Shown: positions 1 to 19,414 of the stretch, piece after piece
How positions within the stretch are numbered: the first letter of the stretch is position 1
Layout of the letters: every line of letters starts with the position of its first letter
NCBI GenBank assembly: GCA_037447605.1
Contig: CM074805.1
Coordinates: 1,025,361 to 1,089,360, forward strand
Source: Zygnema circumcarinatum SAG 698-1b
Taxonomy: Eukaryota; Plantae; Zygnematophyceae
DNA length: 64,000 nt
Direction of reading: 5' to 3'
Translations under genes and position numbers: made by a program
The notes under the pieces: generated by a model
Told to the model about the DNA's origin: nothing
The model's database searches: none
What the model saw: only the letters and a program-made list of their open reading frames with translations

Positions 1-88
1 AACATTCTACAAGAGTACCATTCAGACAGGCTCATTAGAGAAGCCCAAAACCATTATCTTGAAGCTACTGAGTGCAATCTCTTTTTAC

Positions 89-2681
89 TCAAGTGATGAA
101 TAAATGTTTCCCAGGAATAAGCATTAGAAAATGACCATTTTTTTTCAGCTCATTGGAAAACATACCCCTTTGATTTGCAATAAGAAATAAGAAGCCACCC
201 TCTCCTCCAGCTCCAACCTCTTGTGGGAACTCGCACTTGGCAAGCACATGCACATAGGTTCGCTGGTGGTTTCCACCACCACGGAAAAATTTTGGGCGTC
301 CAAATATAGCGACATCTAACAACCTGCAAAAGTTCACGTTTGTGGCCTTAAGCTTGAATCGGGGCAGGTGCAGAAATACCTCGGAGTTATGCATTAGACG
401 AAGGTTGGTTTGACTCGAACACAAAGGTGAAGCATATTCACGTAAACAGCCTGAGTCATCCCATTATCAGGTTTCGACCATCAAGTGAAAACTGTCTGCA
501 AAAATGACCCCAAAGCCTTCCAGCTTCCTCAGGTTACCTAGTAAGTCACAACATCAACATCATCACAGTAACTGACATCTCATTCTTGTTCCATACGCGA
601 CTTTGTTCAGGGTTTACTAGAAAATCATCCTGGAGCCTTCTTTGAATGATATGAACAACAAAACCCTATCAGGTAATAAGGAATGACAAAGTCTTTGTCG
701 ATGCTCAGTGAAAGTGAACAAGTCGGTGCAAGACTACCATTGATCACAGACTGGCATTCATCAAAGCTTCCCGCAGATCAGCACTTCTCATTATCACATT
801 ACAATTAAAGATGAAGTTTCTGCAACAGACCATGAACCATACCATTAAGGTCCTAACACCAAAGGCGAAAAACTGTGAAATTCCACAGGCCACTGCTTGC
901 AAAGCGATCAGTAAAAAGTGATGCTCCTTGGAACTAACTGATCGCGGTTGAGCGGTCGCTCAAGCTGGAGAAGCTCTCGCGGCAGCCACATGCACTCGTC
1001 GAAAGACTCTTTTCTTTGCCATTTTTCCCCCTGGGCTGGGGAAAGGCCCAGAACCCAAAATGAGTCCAATGACTGTCGATAAGAGCTGCCACCTCGAAAA
1101 CCCATTCAACCGTGTCAATAGTTCATGAAGTATGACCATACAATTGTATACCACAAGGTTGACACAAACCGGCATTACCGTACAAGAAGAAATTTGATTA
1201 CAATGAAACTTTGCAGCATAGCGTATTTGATAATCTTCCACCCTCAAAAGTCGCAAAAACTGATCCTTAAGAGAAGCAGCGCCACGCAAAATGAACACCA
1301 AAGCTTACCTGTATCGCACAAAAAAGTGAGGATCAGAGCCAAACGCAACGAACTCCTGCTGCTGCAAACCTCGTCTGCCTTTCTTGAGTGCTTCCATTTC
1401 AAAGTCCCATACCAGTCGTGGGTCCCCGCCTGCTTTCTCGTGCCTTTCTACCCACGGAGGCGTTACCTTTTGAGGCCGGCCATAATTTGCATCCCACACG
1501 TCATTCCATTGGTCGCCATCAAGGACTGCGAAATGAAGCATCAAGGGTGTCAGCTTGCATACAGGCACAAGTTGTAACCTAAAGAGGTTGGACACCGCTT
1601 TCAGCAGATAACTTACAAAAGACTAGAGCAACCATTGCAAAGACCTAATGGATGCATGAGAAGAACAGGAAGTGCCTAAGTGAATAGCTACAGTCGCGAA
1701 GTGCTACGTCGCAAGTTTGCGAAAAGGTCGGAGGTTCTGATGGACGTGAAGAACGTTATGTATCAGCATGCCAGTGGATATATTCTCCTTATAAGCATTT
1801 TTTTTCTGTCTAATAATTATTTTGATGCCAAATGTAACGTGACGAGGAAATGCTACTATACATCATATTGTTAGCCATGAACTCTGATGTCTATTCGCGA
1901 AGAAGTAGCGTAATTGTTTAGATCATTATGCGTTTCTTGATTCAATGTACCAGGTAGAAGAGTGATAGGGGCGTGTTTTGTACCTAAGATTGGAAGGCGT
2001 CCTTGATTCTCAAGTAAAAAAGCTCTAGAGATAAACGATACTCTCAGATTCTAATTCTGATTTCATCAGTTTCAAGAAAGCAAGGAAGCTAGAAAAGGGG
2101 TTCCTGCATTCTATCAAAAGAACGAAGCATTTATTTTAACACATTGAAATTGTATAAGCAATTCCACAAGCTATGCGATCTTCCCATCTGAAGCAGAACG
2201 CTGGAATTAATTCAAGCTCAAATCCAGGAGGCAATGCGAGTCTGCAAGTTCCTTAGAACTTAAAAAGTTCTATTAGACCATAGAGGAACTAAAAACCGCT
2301 GGAACAGGTCACAAAGGTACGATAATGCTGACAACGTTGAAAGCGATGGCTCGAACGCTTCTAGTAATCTAGTCTTCTAACCGCATTCCACAAATTCATA
2401 AAACTTGATTCCCAATCTCAACCAGAAAGTTCACACGCGCAAATTATGTCCAAAAGCTCGCAAATACATTGCAGAGGACAAGCTCCCTGATGCAGGATGG
2501 GAAAAAGGAGGGATGAACGCCTGGCAGCACCTGATGGAATAGGCGCCATGGAATGTTTAGCAGCAGCGGAGGGGGGCGCCGTGTGGGCCACGACGAGCAA
2601 AAGACAGACGGCGAGATAGAAGGGGAAGGTGAGGGGCGGCAGCGGCCGCGCAGACAGCGCGCCTCTTCCTCCTCCCGCCAT
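89..2681 (-). CDS. Unidentified multi-exon gene with a predicted N-terminal signal peptide; probably continues beyond the window start
   Basis: ATG at 2681 gives MAGGGRGALSARPLPPLTFPFYLAVCLLLVVAHTAPPSAAA (hydrophobic signal-like segment). GT/AG-bounded open segments occur at ~1580-1309 (LDGDQWNDVWDANYGRPQK...FFVRYR), ~1093-960 and ~325-150 (LLDVAIFGRPKFFRGGGNHQRTYVHVLAKCEFP). It is head-to-head with VPS34. I could not recognise the family, and the exon structure is uncertain. Confidence 0.45.
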
Positions 2682-2944
2682 GGCTTCCTCCTCCTGCGAC
2701 GAGAGACGGGGGAGGGAGAACCATAGAGGGAGAGGACGAGCGAGAGCAGCGGAGTGGGAGACCAAAGCTAGTGAGAGCCTCCATTTCATTTCAAAGCAAG
2801 AGAGCGCCTTTTATTGAAAATAACATAAAAGTTTTGTATTCTGACCTTACCGTACGGTCTGGATTGAATTCGTACTTTCGTACAGGCAGCCAGTACTGGG
2901 ATCTTGCCTTTTATGAATTTTGACCTACCCTAGTTTCTGGGTCA

Positions 2945-3200
2945 GGATTAGGGTTAGAATTAGGGTTAGGATTAGGGTTAGGATTAGGGTTGGGGATTAG
3001 GGGTGATAAGCGGTTTCTGAAAAGCTTTAAAAGTAGGGTCAGGAACTTAGGAATTTGATAACTAATGAAGTGGATTTTTCAAAGGCATAAAGGTTTGGGT
3101 TAGGGTAAGGCATAGGTTTGAAGCGGGTTTTTTAAGGTTGAAATTAGGGCTACGAATAAAAGTTTGAGGTAGAGTGTTAAAGGTGTTAGGGTTAGGTTCA
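2945..3200 (+). repeat. Degenerate telomere-like (TTAGGG) / telo-box array upstream of VPS34
   Basis: GATTAGGGTTAG-type units at 2946-3003, plus TTAGGGT/TAGGTT units at 3100-3197, ending ~50 bp before the VPS34 ATG. Confidence 0.75.
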
Positions 3201-3247
3201 GACTGTTCGAGTGAGCTGCAAGGGCGCAAGTGGCTGCAGCAGCGAAG

Positions 3248-10437
<7,190 letters not shown>

Positions 10438-11079
10438 GTTGTGTGCAGCAGCTTGGTGGGATTATTGAAGCAGAGAGAGGTTTATGTACAGTGGGCACTT
10501 GGTGAAGGGAGGGAGGAGAGGGAGAAGGAGAGGGAGACATGGCAGGCAACACTACGATCGTGTACATAATGCGGAGCAAGAATAAGCGAACAACCCTTTT
10601 GGGCAGCAAGATTTCGCGTTCCAGCTGAGTAGAAGGCAACGGAAACGTTCTAAAGAGCACCAACTTTTTCAAAGCTAAAAGGCGATTGGCGGTTAGGTGT
10701 ACTTGGTTCGAAAGTCATGCTAGTAGCTACCACTCTGTGGTCTCTGACATTATTTCATAATGGGAAGAGTTCGCCATCCGAGTTTTCATGCACGAGGGGT
10801 AATGTTGGTTGAAAATGAGGTCATTTGAATGGAGGGAACGGTTGTGGTATAAAATGTGCAGACAGAAAGGAGTACACCGTGTATTGTCAGCCGCATCCAC
10901 TACTTCAACGATAAAAGCCATCCAAGCAAACCAATGCAAGAATCATCAGGAAACACAAAACCATGTTCTCATGGAAACACCTGGGCAGGCACGCGAGCCT
11001 CTTTTATATCCTAAACTTGAATCTGCCATTTCTGCAAAAAATGATATGTCGGCAGTGTCTCTTTACATCCCACCTGCGC

Positions 11080-14000
11080 CTAAGACCCTGCGAGTTTCCT
11101 CCCTCCAAGCTGCTGTCTGTCCTGCTGCTCCGTTTGCAGCTCATAGATCTGCATGTAAGTCTCCGAAAGAGCCACCATCTGCGGGAGAGTTTCTGCCACA
11201 TGCAGATCCTGCATCTCATACCTGCACAACTCAATACTCTGCAATTAGCAGACAGTGGGAATTTGCAAGTTGGTGAACTGAATGCTTCCGATTGAACTGT
11301 GATTTGAAATCAGCTAATTGTTGCGTGATGTGCTCAAGTTCCAGCGTTAGCTTTACAAATAACTGTCCAAAATGAAAGTTCCATGACTGGAAACAGTGAG
11401 CTTCTGTCTGGAAAGAAGGAAAGTTACCAAGCTTCCTCCGATTTACGCTGCACAAACACTCGGAAGGCTCCTTCTCCGGGTTTGCCATCGTGAACCACGT
11501 TCGCAATAAGGTCATATTTGGAACGTAGTTTTTCCCCGTCTCCTGTCGCTTGCAACGGTAAGTAGTCCTTGAGTTCTAAATTCTTCACCGGGAAGTTCAC
11601 TGCATCCAGCCAAGAACGAGGACGATTGAATGCTCATTCATGCACGATATTCACAATGAGAAATGCGACAACATACGACTCATTGGAAAAGGTAATAAAT
11701 ATCTGAAAAGAATGATTTTGCGCCCCCTCCCCCCCCCCCCACAACTAGACACGTAAGTCCAACGGGACCCACCCAAAGTTGGATTCTTCTCCATAAAGAA
11801 GTTGTTTTTTGTGAACCGTTTCATGTGTAGAACAAGATAGTGGGGTAGCCTTGTAACTCGATAGCGCATTCGTGCAGGTTTAGGCCGAACAACTTCGGTA
11901 ACTTGCTCTCCGTCAAACTTCTTCAAGATGTTAAAGAGAGCTACCTGTTTGCACCAGAACAGTGCAGGGTACAAATCATGGTGATGTATGAACAAAAAGG
12001 TTTCTTTCTCCAAACACTACCTTGTCACAATTTCGTACTTGTCATAGAATAACGTACACATTTCATGGGACACGCCGCGCTAATGCTGCTTAACAGCTGG
12101 TAAAGCAAGCATTCATCACTTATGGCAAGAGGAAAGGCCCTCTAACCTGGGGTATGATGTTTTTTTCCATAACGTCCTTAAAGAGAGGAGGCGGCGGTAG
12201 GTCGAGCCCCAACATGAGGAAGGGCATCTTACTCACTTCCTGCTTCATCCCTCTATTTTCCTCTCCATTCTTCTCTTCTTCCTCGCCCCCTCTCTTTCGC
12301 TTCTTTCCCACCTCAGTATGGTCCCCCCCCTCAGCACCCGCAGAATCTTCAGTTCGTTTATGCTGCACTTCCTTGACAACCTCCAACTCGCCCTGCCGTC
12401 ATAAAGCCCAGAAACGAGGGTGAGGCCAGTCCATTAAGTATTTTCAGTCTTCATGGTTTCCGACAAAGCAACCTTGACTATGTACATTTCACAAGGACAT
12501 CTGATTCAATGTCGAAAAGATTGACTCCAAGGCCTCATCCAAACTTAATGGACTGAAGTTACAACTTCATGTTCTCAAGCAACCATGGCTTCTCTCACCT
12601 GAAAACACCGGTATATTATGCTACTGTTGGACTTTCGAGTACCCCCAAGGTCTGTATGCAGTGTGTTGAGGAGCCATGACGCAAACTCGACAGGATCAGA
12701 CTGCACTCCAATCCGAAAGCGTTTTGCGCTGGCCATCATCACCGCTTGAAGGAACTCATGAGGGGACACCTGTTTGCGACCAGCAGCATTTCCCTCTAAA
12801 ATCAACAAGCAGCTCAAGTGAAGGAGGCCTCAGGGGTGCATCCTGCAATACGTTTTTCGTTTTTCTAACTAAACATGTCGAGACAATCCTGCCTTTAGGA
12901 ACCAAACCTTTAACAAATCTCGTGCTCTTCTTGCATGCAAGAAAGGACATGGCAGTGCCACTACCAGAACAGAACGGAACTCCTTACTGACTGAAATGTG
13001 CTTCCGCCAAAATCCAAGTGAAACTCTAGCCATAATTGGTATTTGAGTATTGCAGAAAAACAACGCGGGGCTCGATAAAATCCTGAAGAGTCCAAATCGT
13101 CTTTTAGGTGAAAGTGAAATATATGCTACCATAGCCCAATCGTTGTACGGACCTGGCCTTTGAAATTACGCGCATGCCAGATTTTCCTCGTCAATTCGCC
13201 GAACCTCTTGACCAACACCGACTTGCAGTCCTTATAGTTTTCTGGAATCAGGAAGAAGTCTCTTAGTGGCGTCACTCGCATAAGTGCTTGGATAATTACG
13301 TTTACATAATCTGTTTCCTTGATGTTGTTCAGACCGACCTGTGAAGGCATAAGATGGGCCAAAAGAGTCATACGAAGAGTGTATGGAAGCCATGCCCCTC
13401 AACTAAGCTATACCTCTATGCAGAGGTTAAAACCCTACATCGGTAAATTTTCTGCGGCAGAAAGCAATGTAAAGCTTACCATTCCAGGCAGGTAGTCGGA
13501 TCCATCCAATGCTCTTGCCCACTGTTGGGTCTTATCCATTTGCTCAACCTGCACCTTGTTAAACCTGTGCAGGGGCAGTTGCAGGAAACATGTTCCCTTC
13601 AGTCATAAGACCAGATATGTACAGGTTGAAAACAGACATGATTGGTTTTGGCATGCCTAAAAACAGCATAAATCTCTCTGTTTGTCACTACGGGCGTGAG
13701 GAGAGATTTGAAGAAGCTGGTGAAAACTACGTCCTTTCAACACAACGCACATCCTCCCAAACATAAACCTTCTGACCACATTAAGATTCTTGTTTAGGAA
13801 AGGTGGGATAACAATCGCACCTAGGATTGAGCACGGAGCGTATGTCGTCTAGGGAAGGGTCACTAATCTCATAACCATCCGGCAGGCAAAAGACTTTTTC
13901 AGTGTGCAGATTGATAAACACGTGATGATCAGCTTCCAAGCTGTGCGTATAAGCATGTGAATTCTTGGCCCGGCCTTGAAAATATTTTCCACATACTAGG

Positions 14001-14600
14001 CAACCATACACGTTAAGATTGGATAGAGAAACGGAACAAAATTTCTCGAAATCAAAATCGAGAACCTGCATGAACACAAGCCCAATTGACTAGTTCTTAA
14101 CCATAGTCAAGTACATGCAAGGATATCATTAAGGTAAAACGCCAGTTTTTTGATCGAAAAAATCGCAAAAAAAAAACAGTTTTGACAGGTTTTGCCTGGT
14201 GGCAGAATAGAGCAACAAATTGGCAATATTCAAAGGAGATTCTTTCTCCGCTGAGTGGTTTTGCTGATACACCCTGACATGTCAGAAATTCTCGCTCACC
14301 CTTGCATGAGCCACAGGCAGTTCCCAATGCATCCAGCATGATAATCCTAGATTCAATGGAAGTACAGAGTAGAAACTGGCACTTCGACACAGAATATCGA
14401 AGTTCAGCTGTCACCTGCTAGCACACCTGTCTGTTCACTGTATCCAAGTACGGGCATTCACGTCGGACCTCCACGTGCCCCCTCCTCCTCTTCACAGAAT
14501 GCTGCTCCTCTTGCTCCTCATCTTCCTCCATCGATGACTCGTCGTCACCATAATCCACTGCCTTCCACACCTCCCCATCCCTTTTCTCAAGATCCACCAT
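11080..14600 (-). CDS. USP39: U4/U6.U5 tri-snRNP-associated protein 2 (USP39/Sad1-like; zf-UBP plus inactive peptidase C19)
   Basis: ECPYLDTVNRQVLDFDFEKFCSVSLSNLNVYGCLVCGKYFQGR, VGLNNIKETDYVNVIIQAL, QVSPHEFLQAVM, LHMKRFTKNNFFMEKNPT, KYDLIANVVHDG, WYEMQDLHVAETLPQMVALSETYMQIYE. ATG at 14600, TAG at 11080-11082. Confidence 0.95.
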
Positions 14601-14720
14601 CCTCGCTAATGCTCTCACTCCCTTCCTTTCTTCCCCCCTCCTTCCCTCCCTCCCTCCCTCCCTCCCTCCGTTTTGCCCCTCCGCCACCTCGCACCAGCTC
14701 GCACCTGCGCTTCTCCCCAG

Positions 14721-14786
14721 CCCTAACCCTAACCCTAGGCCTAACCCTAACCCTAACCCTAACCCTAACCCTAATCCTAACCCTAA
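14721..14786 (-). repeat. (TTAGGG)~11 telomere-like array in the USP39 / J-protein divergent promoter
   Basis: (CCCTAA)n on the plus strand with two variant units, 120 bp upstream of the USP39 ATG. Confidence 0.9.
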
Positions 14787-15171
14787 TAGCGACGCGTCGT
14801 GACCATCAGAATGTAAACTACGAGGAATACAATCCCGATATGATACAAACGATTTTACCGAATAGACCGATAGTATCGGGATACGCCACGCCCTCCCCTC
14901 CCTCCCTCCCGGGCGGACGTGGGCGCCGCTCCTCCTCTCCTTCATGTCGTGGAGCTTTGCGCTTTAGAGCTGGCAGGGCCTCCCTCCTCTGCCTTCCCAG
15001 CACGCAGAGCGGCTATGGCGGACGAAGGGGCCTGCTGCAAGGCCGTAGCCACGCTCGTAGGCCTCTTTGGGAGCGTTCAGACCTGCATCTAGGCACCTGT
15101 GACATGCGGAGGACGTTTAGGGAGGCGAGAGCAAGCAGAAGTTTCGTCTCTGCTGGGCGGGCTGTGGAAGC

Positions 15172-18100
15172 ATGCCGGTTGCTGGTGAGTCCGGAACATT
15201 TCAGAAATTTTGGTTGTAAATTTCCAAAACGAAGGACGCTATGTTTTTCGCATTGATCCGCCAACTGTCGTAATGTAAATTGGGTTTGAAGCATTCCACT
15301 GTCTGCAGACGATTATGCAGCTGCATGCATGCTCATGTATGGTCATGCTCTCCTTTGCTCTGCGTATGTTTGTTAAACGGCTGGATGAGCGTCAGTCTCC
15401 CTTTTTCCGTTTTAAAGGTCGTCAATTTTAGTACTTAGGATTATATTTGAGCTCTGTACGCAAAAAGTATCTGCTTTACTTTTCACATTCATGCAGTACT
15501 TTTCGGGCCGCCGTTTACCTTCCTTTACTCTGGAAGGCATGCTAACTTCATCGCTGTAGCATTTGCGATCAAACTTTATGGCCGACGAAGCCTGTCGGTT
15601 TCGGTCTCAGTGGCAGCAGGCATTTTGGAAATTTTGTATTTTTGAAGCGGAACGCTTCTGGCCAGCGAGCTTTGAGCAGAATTGCATCATTTGAACGAGC
15701 AATTCATGTTTGGAGCTTTGTGAATCAGGGGAGGTTGATGGTATTTGTGGGCAGCGCAGCAATTTAGAACAAGGTGTTGTGTGATCTACTTCGTTGTTTA
15801 TTGACGTATTCTGAGTTTGACTTATCCATGAAATTGCAAACATATTGTGTTGGAGTGCGCCAAGTATAGCAATTGAATTATACATGCACTGAAGTGCCCC
15901 TATGTAAGGGCAGTTGATTACGTCGATCGACTTAAAAAGCCAGACTGACTACCTGATAAACGTTTTGTTTGACTGTTACGCATTAAACGTGCATGGATCG
16001 CTGTCTTGTTCCTGTTTTGTTGGAACTTAGACAGCTGGATGGACTGCTCCAAACGCTGAAAGTTAATTGAATTTTTAGTGAACAACGCGAAGGAAAAAAA
16101 ATTAGAGCTTGTTGAATGTGCTCCTCTGCGCGAACATTGTTTTGAGACCACACAAACATGTGAGCTTGGGTACAAGGGTTTAGTTTTAAATCCGCGGTGT
16201 CGTTTGCCTGCTGGTTAAACTTAGCCTCGTTTGTTTATGCTCTGTAGAATGGTAACGACACTTTCTTTTCGCGAATGAAAGCGTCAGGGATAAGCATCCA
16301 TTCAAGACATCACAGTTTTAATATGATAAAGTCTGGCAGTCTCATCACTCCTAGTAAATTCCTCAGCTTCCGAAATATTTCATCCTTAGATTGTTGAAAC
16401 GAGAAGTCAGACAGGCAAGTGAACGGTTGCAGATAGTTTGCAGCTACCATGGTAGCTTCATCTCTGAGTATAGTCTTCTACCAAGCATAAGCTACTTGTC
16501 AGGACCTTTCACGATGCAACTAGCTTTCATCGCAACACTTTGATCTGGCATAGAAATTGAAATACATGAGATGATGTGATGCAGTGAGCCCAGCCTGCCA
16601 AGCGAGGAAAGCCATCATGTTCAGGCGGCAGAAGCTGCATGCACATCGGAAGGACCTTAAGTTCCCTCTGCACTGCAAATGCAGCTGATGTCATTGGACG
16701 CCAGGTGCTCTCTCGACCTTCACTGTTGTTGGCCACCTTGAAGGTCTGCACCCTGCATATAAAGTCTTAGTTTACCTTGAAGTTTATTGACTTCTCCTGA
16801 GAATGAACATTGACAAGCTAGCTAGCTAGCTACAGTTTCAGTTTACTTGATCAAATGACAGATACGTGAGCCACGCTTTCATGGTTTGCATACTTTCTAT
16901 GTCTGATTTGCATTGGATGAAATTAACTGAAGATGTAGTTGGAAAATTCGCGGTACGCACCGTTAAGTATTTTTTCTCGGAGGTCTTTGTACTTAGGAGT
17001 GACCCTTCTATCTGGATGAGAACTGCACACTTTTTTGGGCAATCCCTTTCCAAAGGGTTACGCCTGGCAAGTTAAATCCTACTTTTTGTCGGAAAGCTAA
17101 AACTTTGCATCTTTATGGAGACAATTTCTCTCCATTAATACGTTTCTCCTTTCAATCTGACTATTGATGTTGTCTGTGAATATCTGGTTATTCTACAAGC
17201 AAACCTCGTCACAGACTTTCATGCGATTTTTGGATCATATTATCAGTTTGATGTGAAAGGCAATTATATTCCCTTTGATGTTCAGTAAAACATCTTTAGA
17301 ATAAGCCGAGGCATCTGAACTCTTTTTTAGATGTATGGCTTAAAGTCGTCCTTCCATTCTGAACTTTCTTGGTTGCAGTCTTTAGACTTCACGAAACATA
17401 TGGTGTTGATCGTCACTGTGGTCATGATGACATGTCAACATTCACATCGCCATGATGGCATTGATGATGACTGACTGTCATATTCGTGGGAACGGATTTG
17501 CCATTTCATGCAGATGCGCATTTTGTTCTTGGAGTTTCAAGAGGAGCTTCACTGGACGAGGTGAAAGCAGCTTATCGAAAGCTAGCATTGCAGTGGTGAG
17601 TTGTGATACTCCCATGTCTTGTGGAAGTGACTCGCAAGTTTAACTGCAGCTCCTCGCTAGGCTCAGACCTCCGTGCAGTCATTCTCTCCTCATCCCTCGC
17701 CTCCAGTCCAATGAGCAGATGACAGTGTTGGCACGAGTAGTCAGGATTGAATGAGTTAGAATGTTTTGGGTGGCAGACCAGGAATCTGACATCACATTCC
17801 TCATCTAAATCATTAATTGCTTTCCTGAATTTGTTGGCAGTCACCCTGATCTGAACAACGGAGACGCCGAGCAGTTTAAGCGCATAACAGAAGCATACGA
17901 ATCCTTGTTGAGGCCGCAGACAAGCTCTCAGACAGTAGTACCCTCCCACCCTCCCTACCGGCAGCAAGGGCCCGGAGGGACCATAAGACGAGCTCCCATT
18001 ACTACTGGGTTTGGGGGCCCTGCGGCGGCTCTATGGGGTGTGGGACTCGCCATTGGATGCTGCCTGTTTGGGACGGCCCTGTTTCTGGGACATTCAGGCA

Positions 18101-18240
18101 TGTACAATCAGAATTTGCATAAGGGGCCGTCTCGGGTCATATACCCAACCTCGGATGCAGGGAAGCGTGAAAGGATCGCGAGTTTGCTGATGGAGAAGGC
18201 GAGGGAGAAGAGGCAAGTACTTGAGAAAGGCTTTGACTGA
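15172..18240 (+). CDS. Small DnaJ (J-domain) protein with a C-terminal hydrophobic segment
   Basis: Splicing 15172-15184, 17514-17595 and 17841-18240 gives [55 protein letters not shown]... with the HPD motif, then a hydrophobic stretch AAALWGVGLAIGCCLFGTALFL. The first exon assignment (2.3-kb intron) is less certain. Confidence 0.8.
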
Positions 18241-18714
18241 GGAATGCAGGTCCTTTATCCTTTGCAAATATTGCTCGCCATGTATATTCAATCCCTTGTT
18301 GTCAAAATAATTTACCCTTTGCGGTGTCTCTGCCAAGGTGCTTGCTCGCTGCTGAATGTCTGGAGCGGTGAACTCGTTGCACCTAATGTGTTTCGTTTAT
18401 ACTATTTTTAGTTTTGAGGACCTTGTTGTGATTGTTGCTCGAGACATCCCACATATGTGCTAATGTCGTTGTTTCGGCACAATTGCAAGTTTCCAAACCA
18501 ATGCATGGCAGTACAACTTACAGAAGGCATGAAAGAAGTATTATTAATATAAGTATGTTTAATTGTAGAACACCTATGCCAAACGTCAAAAAAGTTTTTT
18601 TTCCGCCCACTCGAAAAGGGACCCTTATTCTGCCCTAAAAAACAGTCTGCCCCGCACTAATGTGGGTACCCATATACCAGAATTAGTGCGGATACCCATA
18701 TACCAGAATTCCAC

Positions 18715-18805
18715 AGAAGATGGAGCATTGATCTCACGATGGCGAGGCCATCAAATGTACATGGCCAACAGCATCATGGGGAACCACGAGGAACAGGCTG
18801 CAGCT
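18715..18805 (+). repeat. Dispersed ~90-bp hairpin-containing repeat, copy A
   Basis: GCATTGATCTCACGATGGCGAGGCCATCAAATGTACATGG...GGGGAACCACGAGGAAC; similar copies at ~24340, 43232, 43341, 52085 and 59283. Confidence 0.8.
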
Positions 18806-19289
18806 TCATTAGTTGTCTGCCCCGAGCTCATCTCGATGTACAAAGCGACATATCGATATATTTAAAGCGATATATCGCGGTATTGTCTCCACGGGGCGGT
18901 TAGTCAACGTGGACGACCAGCCACTTCTAGGTGCCACGTGGCGCTTGCAAAAGGAAAGAAAATGTCGGTGGAGCCGCCCTGTCGTGTGCCCTTGCGCGGC
19001 TGTCTGCCACGTGGCTACCTCGCACTGGTCCTCTCCCCTCCCCGGACGCCCCGATTGGCTCACGCGGGCCACTGTCCCCGTGGCGAGATGACCCGCCTTC
19101 TCCCCACGCCTTCGTGGCACGGTCAGGCCGAAAAATTTCTGCGAGCGGCGACCTCCCGCGCGGTGTACCTTGTGGTGCCAGCTGTACGGATTGCAGCGAG
19201 ACTGGACTGGACTGGATGGATGTACGGGTCGAGCGGGAGCATTGGGCGTTCCCTCCCCGGCTTACTCGCGCCATCAGCACTTCTGTCAG

Positions 19290-19400
19290 GGTTTAGGGTT
19301 TAGGGTCAGGATTTAGGGTTGATGTTTAGGGATAGGGTTTAGGGTCGAGGGTAAGGGCAGGGGTAGAGTTATTAGAGGGTGAGGGGCGAGGATTAGGGGT
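19290..19400 (+). repeat. Telomere-like TTTAGGG/TTAGGG telo-box array upstream of CMSS1
   Basis: GGGTTTAGGGTTTAGGGTCAGGATTTAGGGTT...TTTAGGGATAGGGTTTAGGG, ending just before the ATG at 19415. Confidence 0.8.
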
Positions 19401-19414
19401 GAAGCGCAGCCGCC

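Noticed and set aside
14721-14786. Chromosome end or telomere fusion scar
   Set aside because: The array is short, internal, single-orientation and lies in a divergent promoter.
18715-18805. The ~90-bp repeat as a tRNA, snRNA or Helitron 3' end
   Set aside because: It has no cloverleaf or A/B boxes, no match to U1/U2/U4/U5/U6 as I recall them, and no CTRR terminus after the hairpin.
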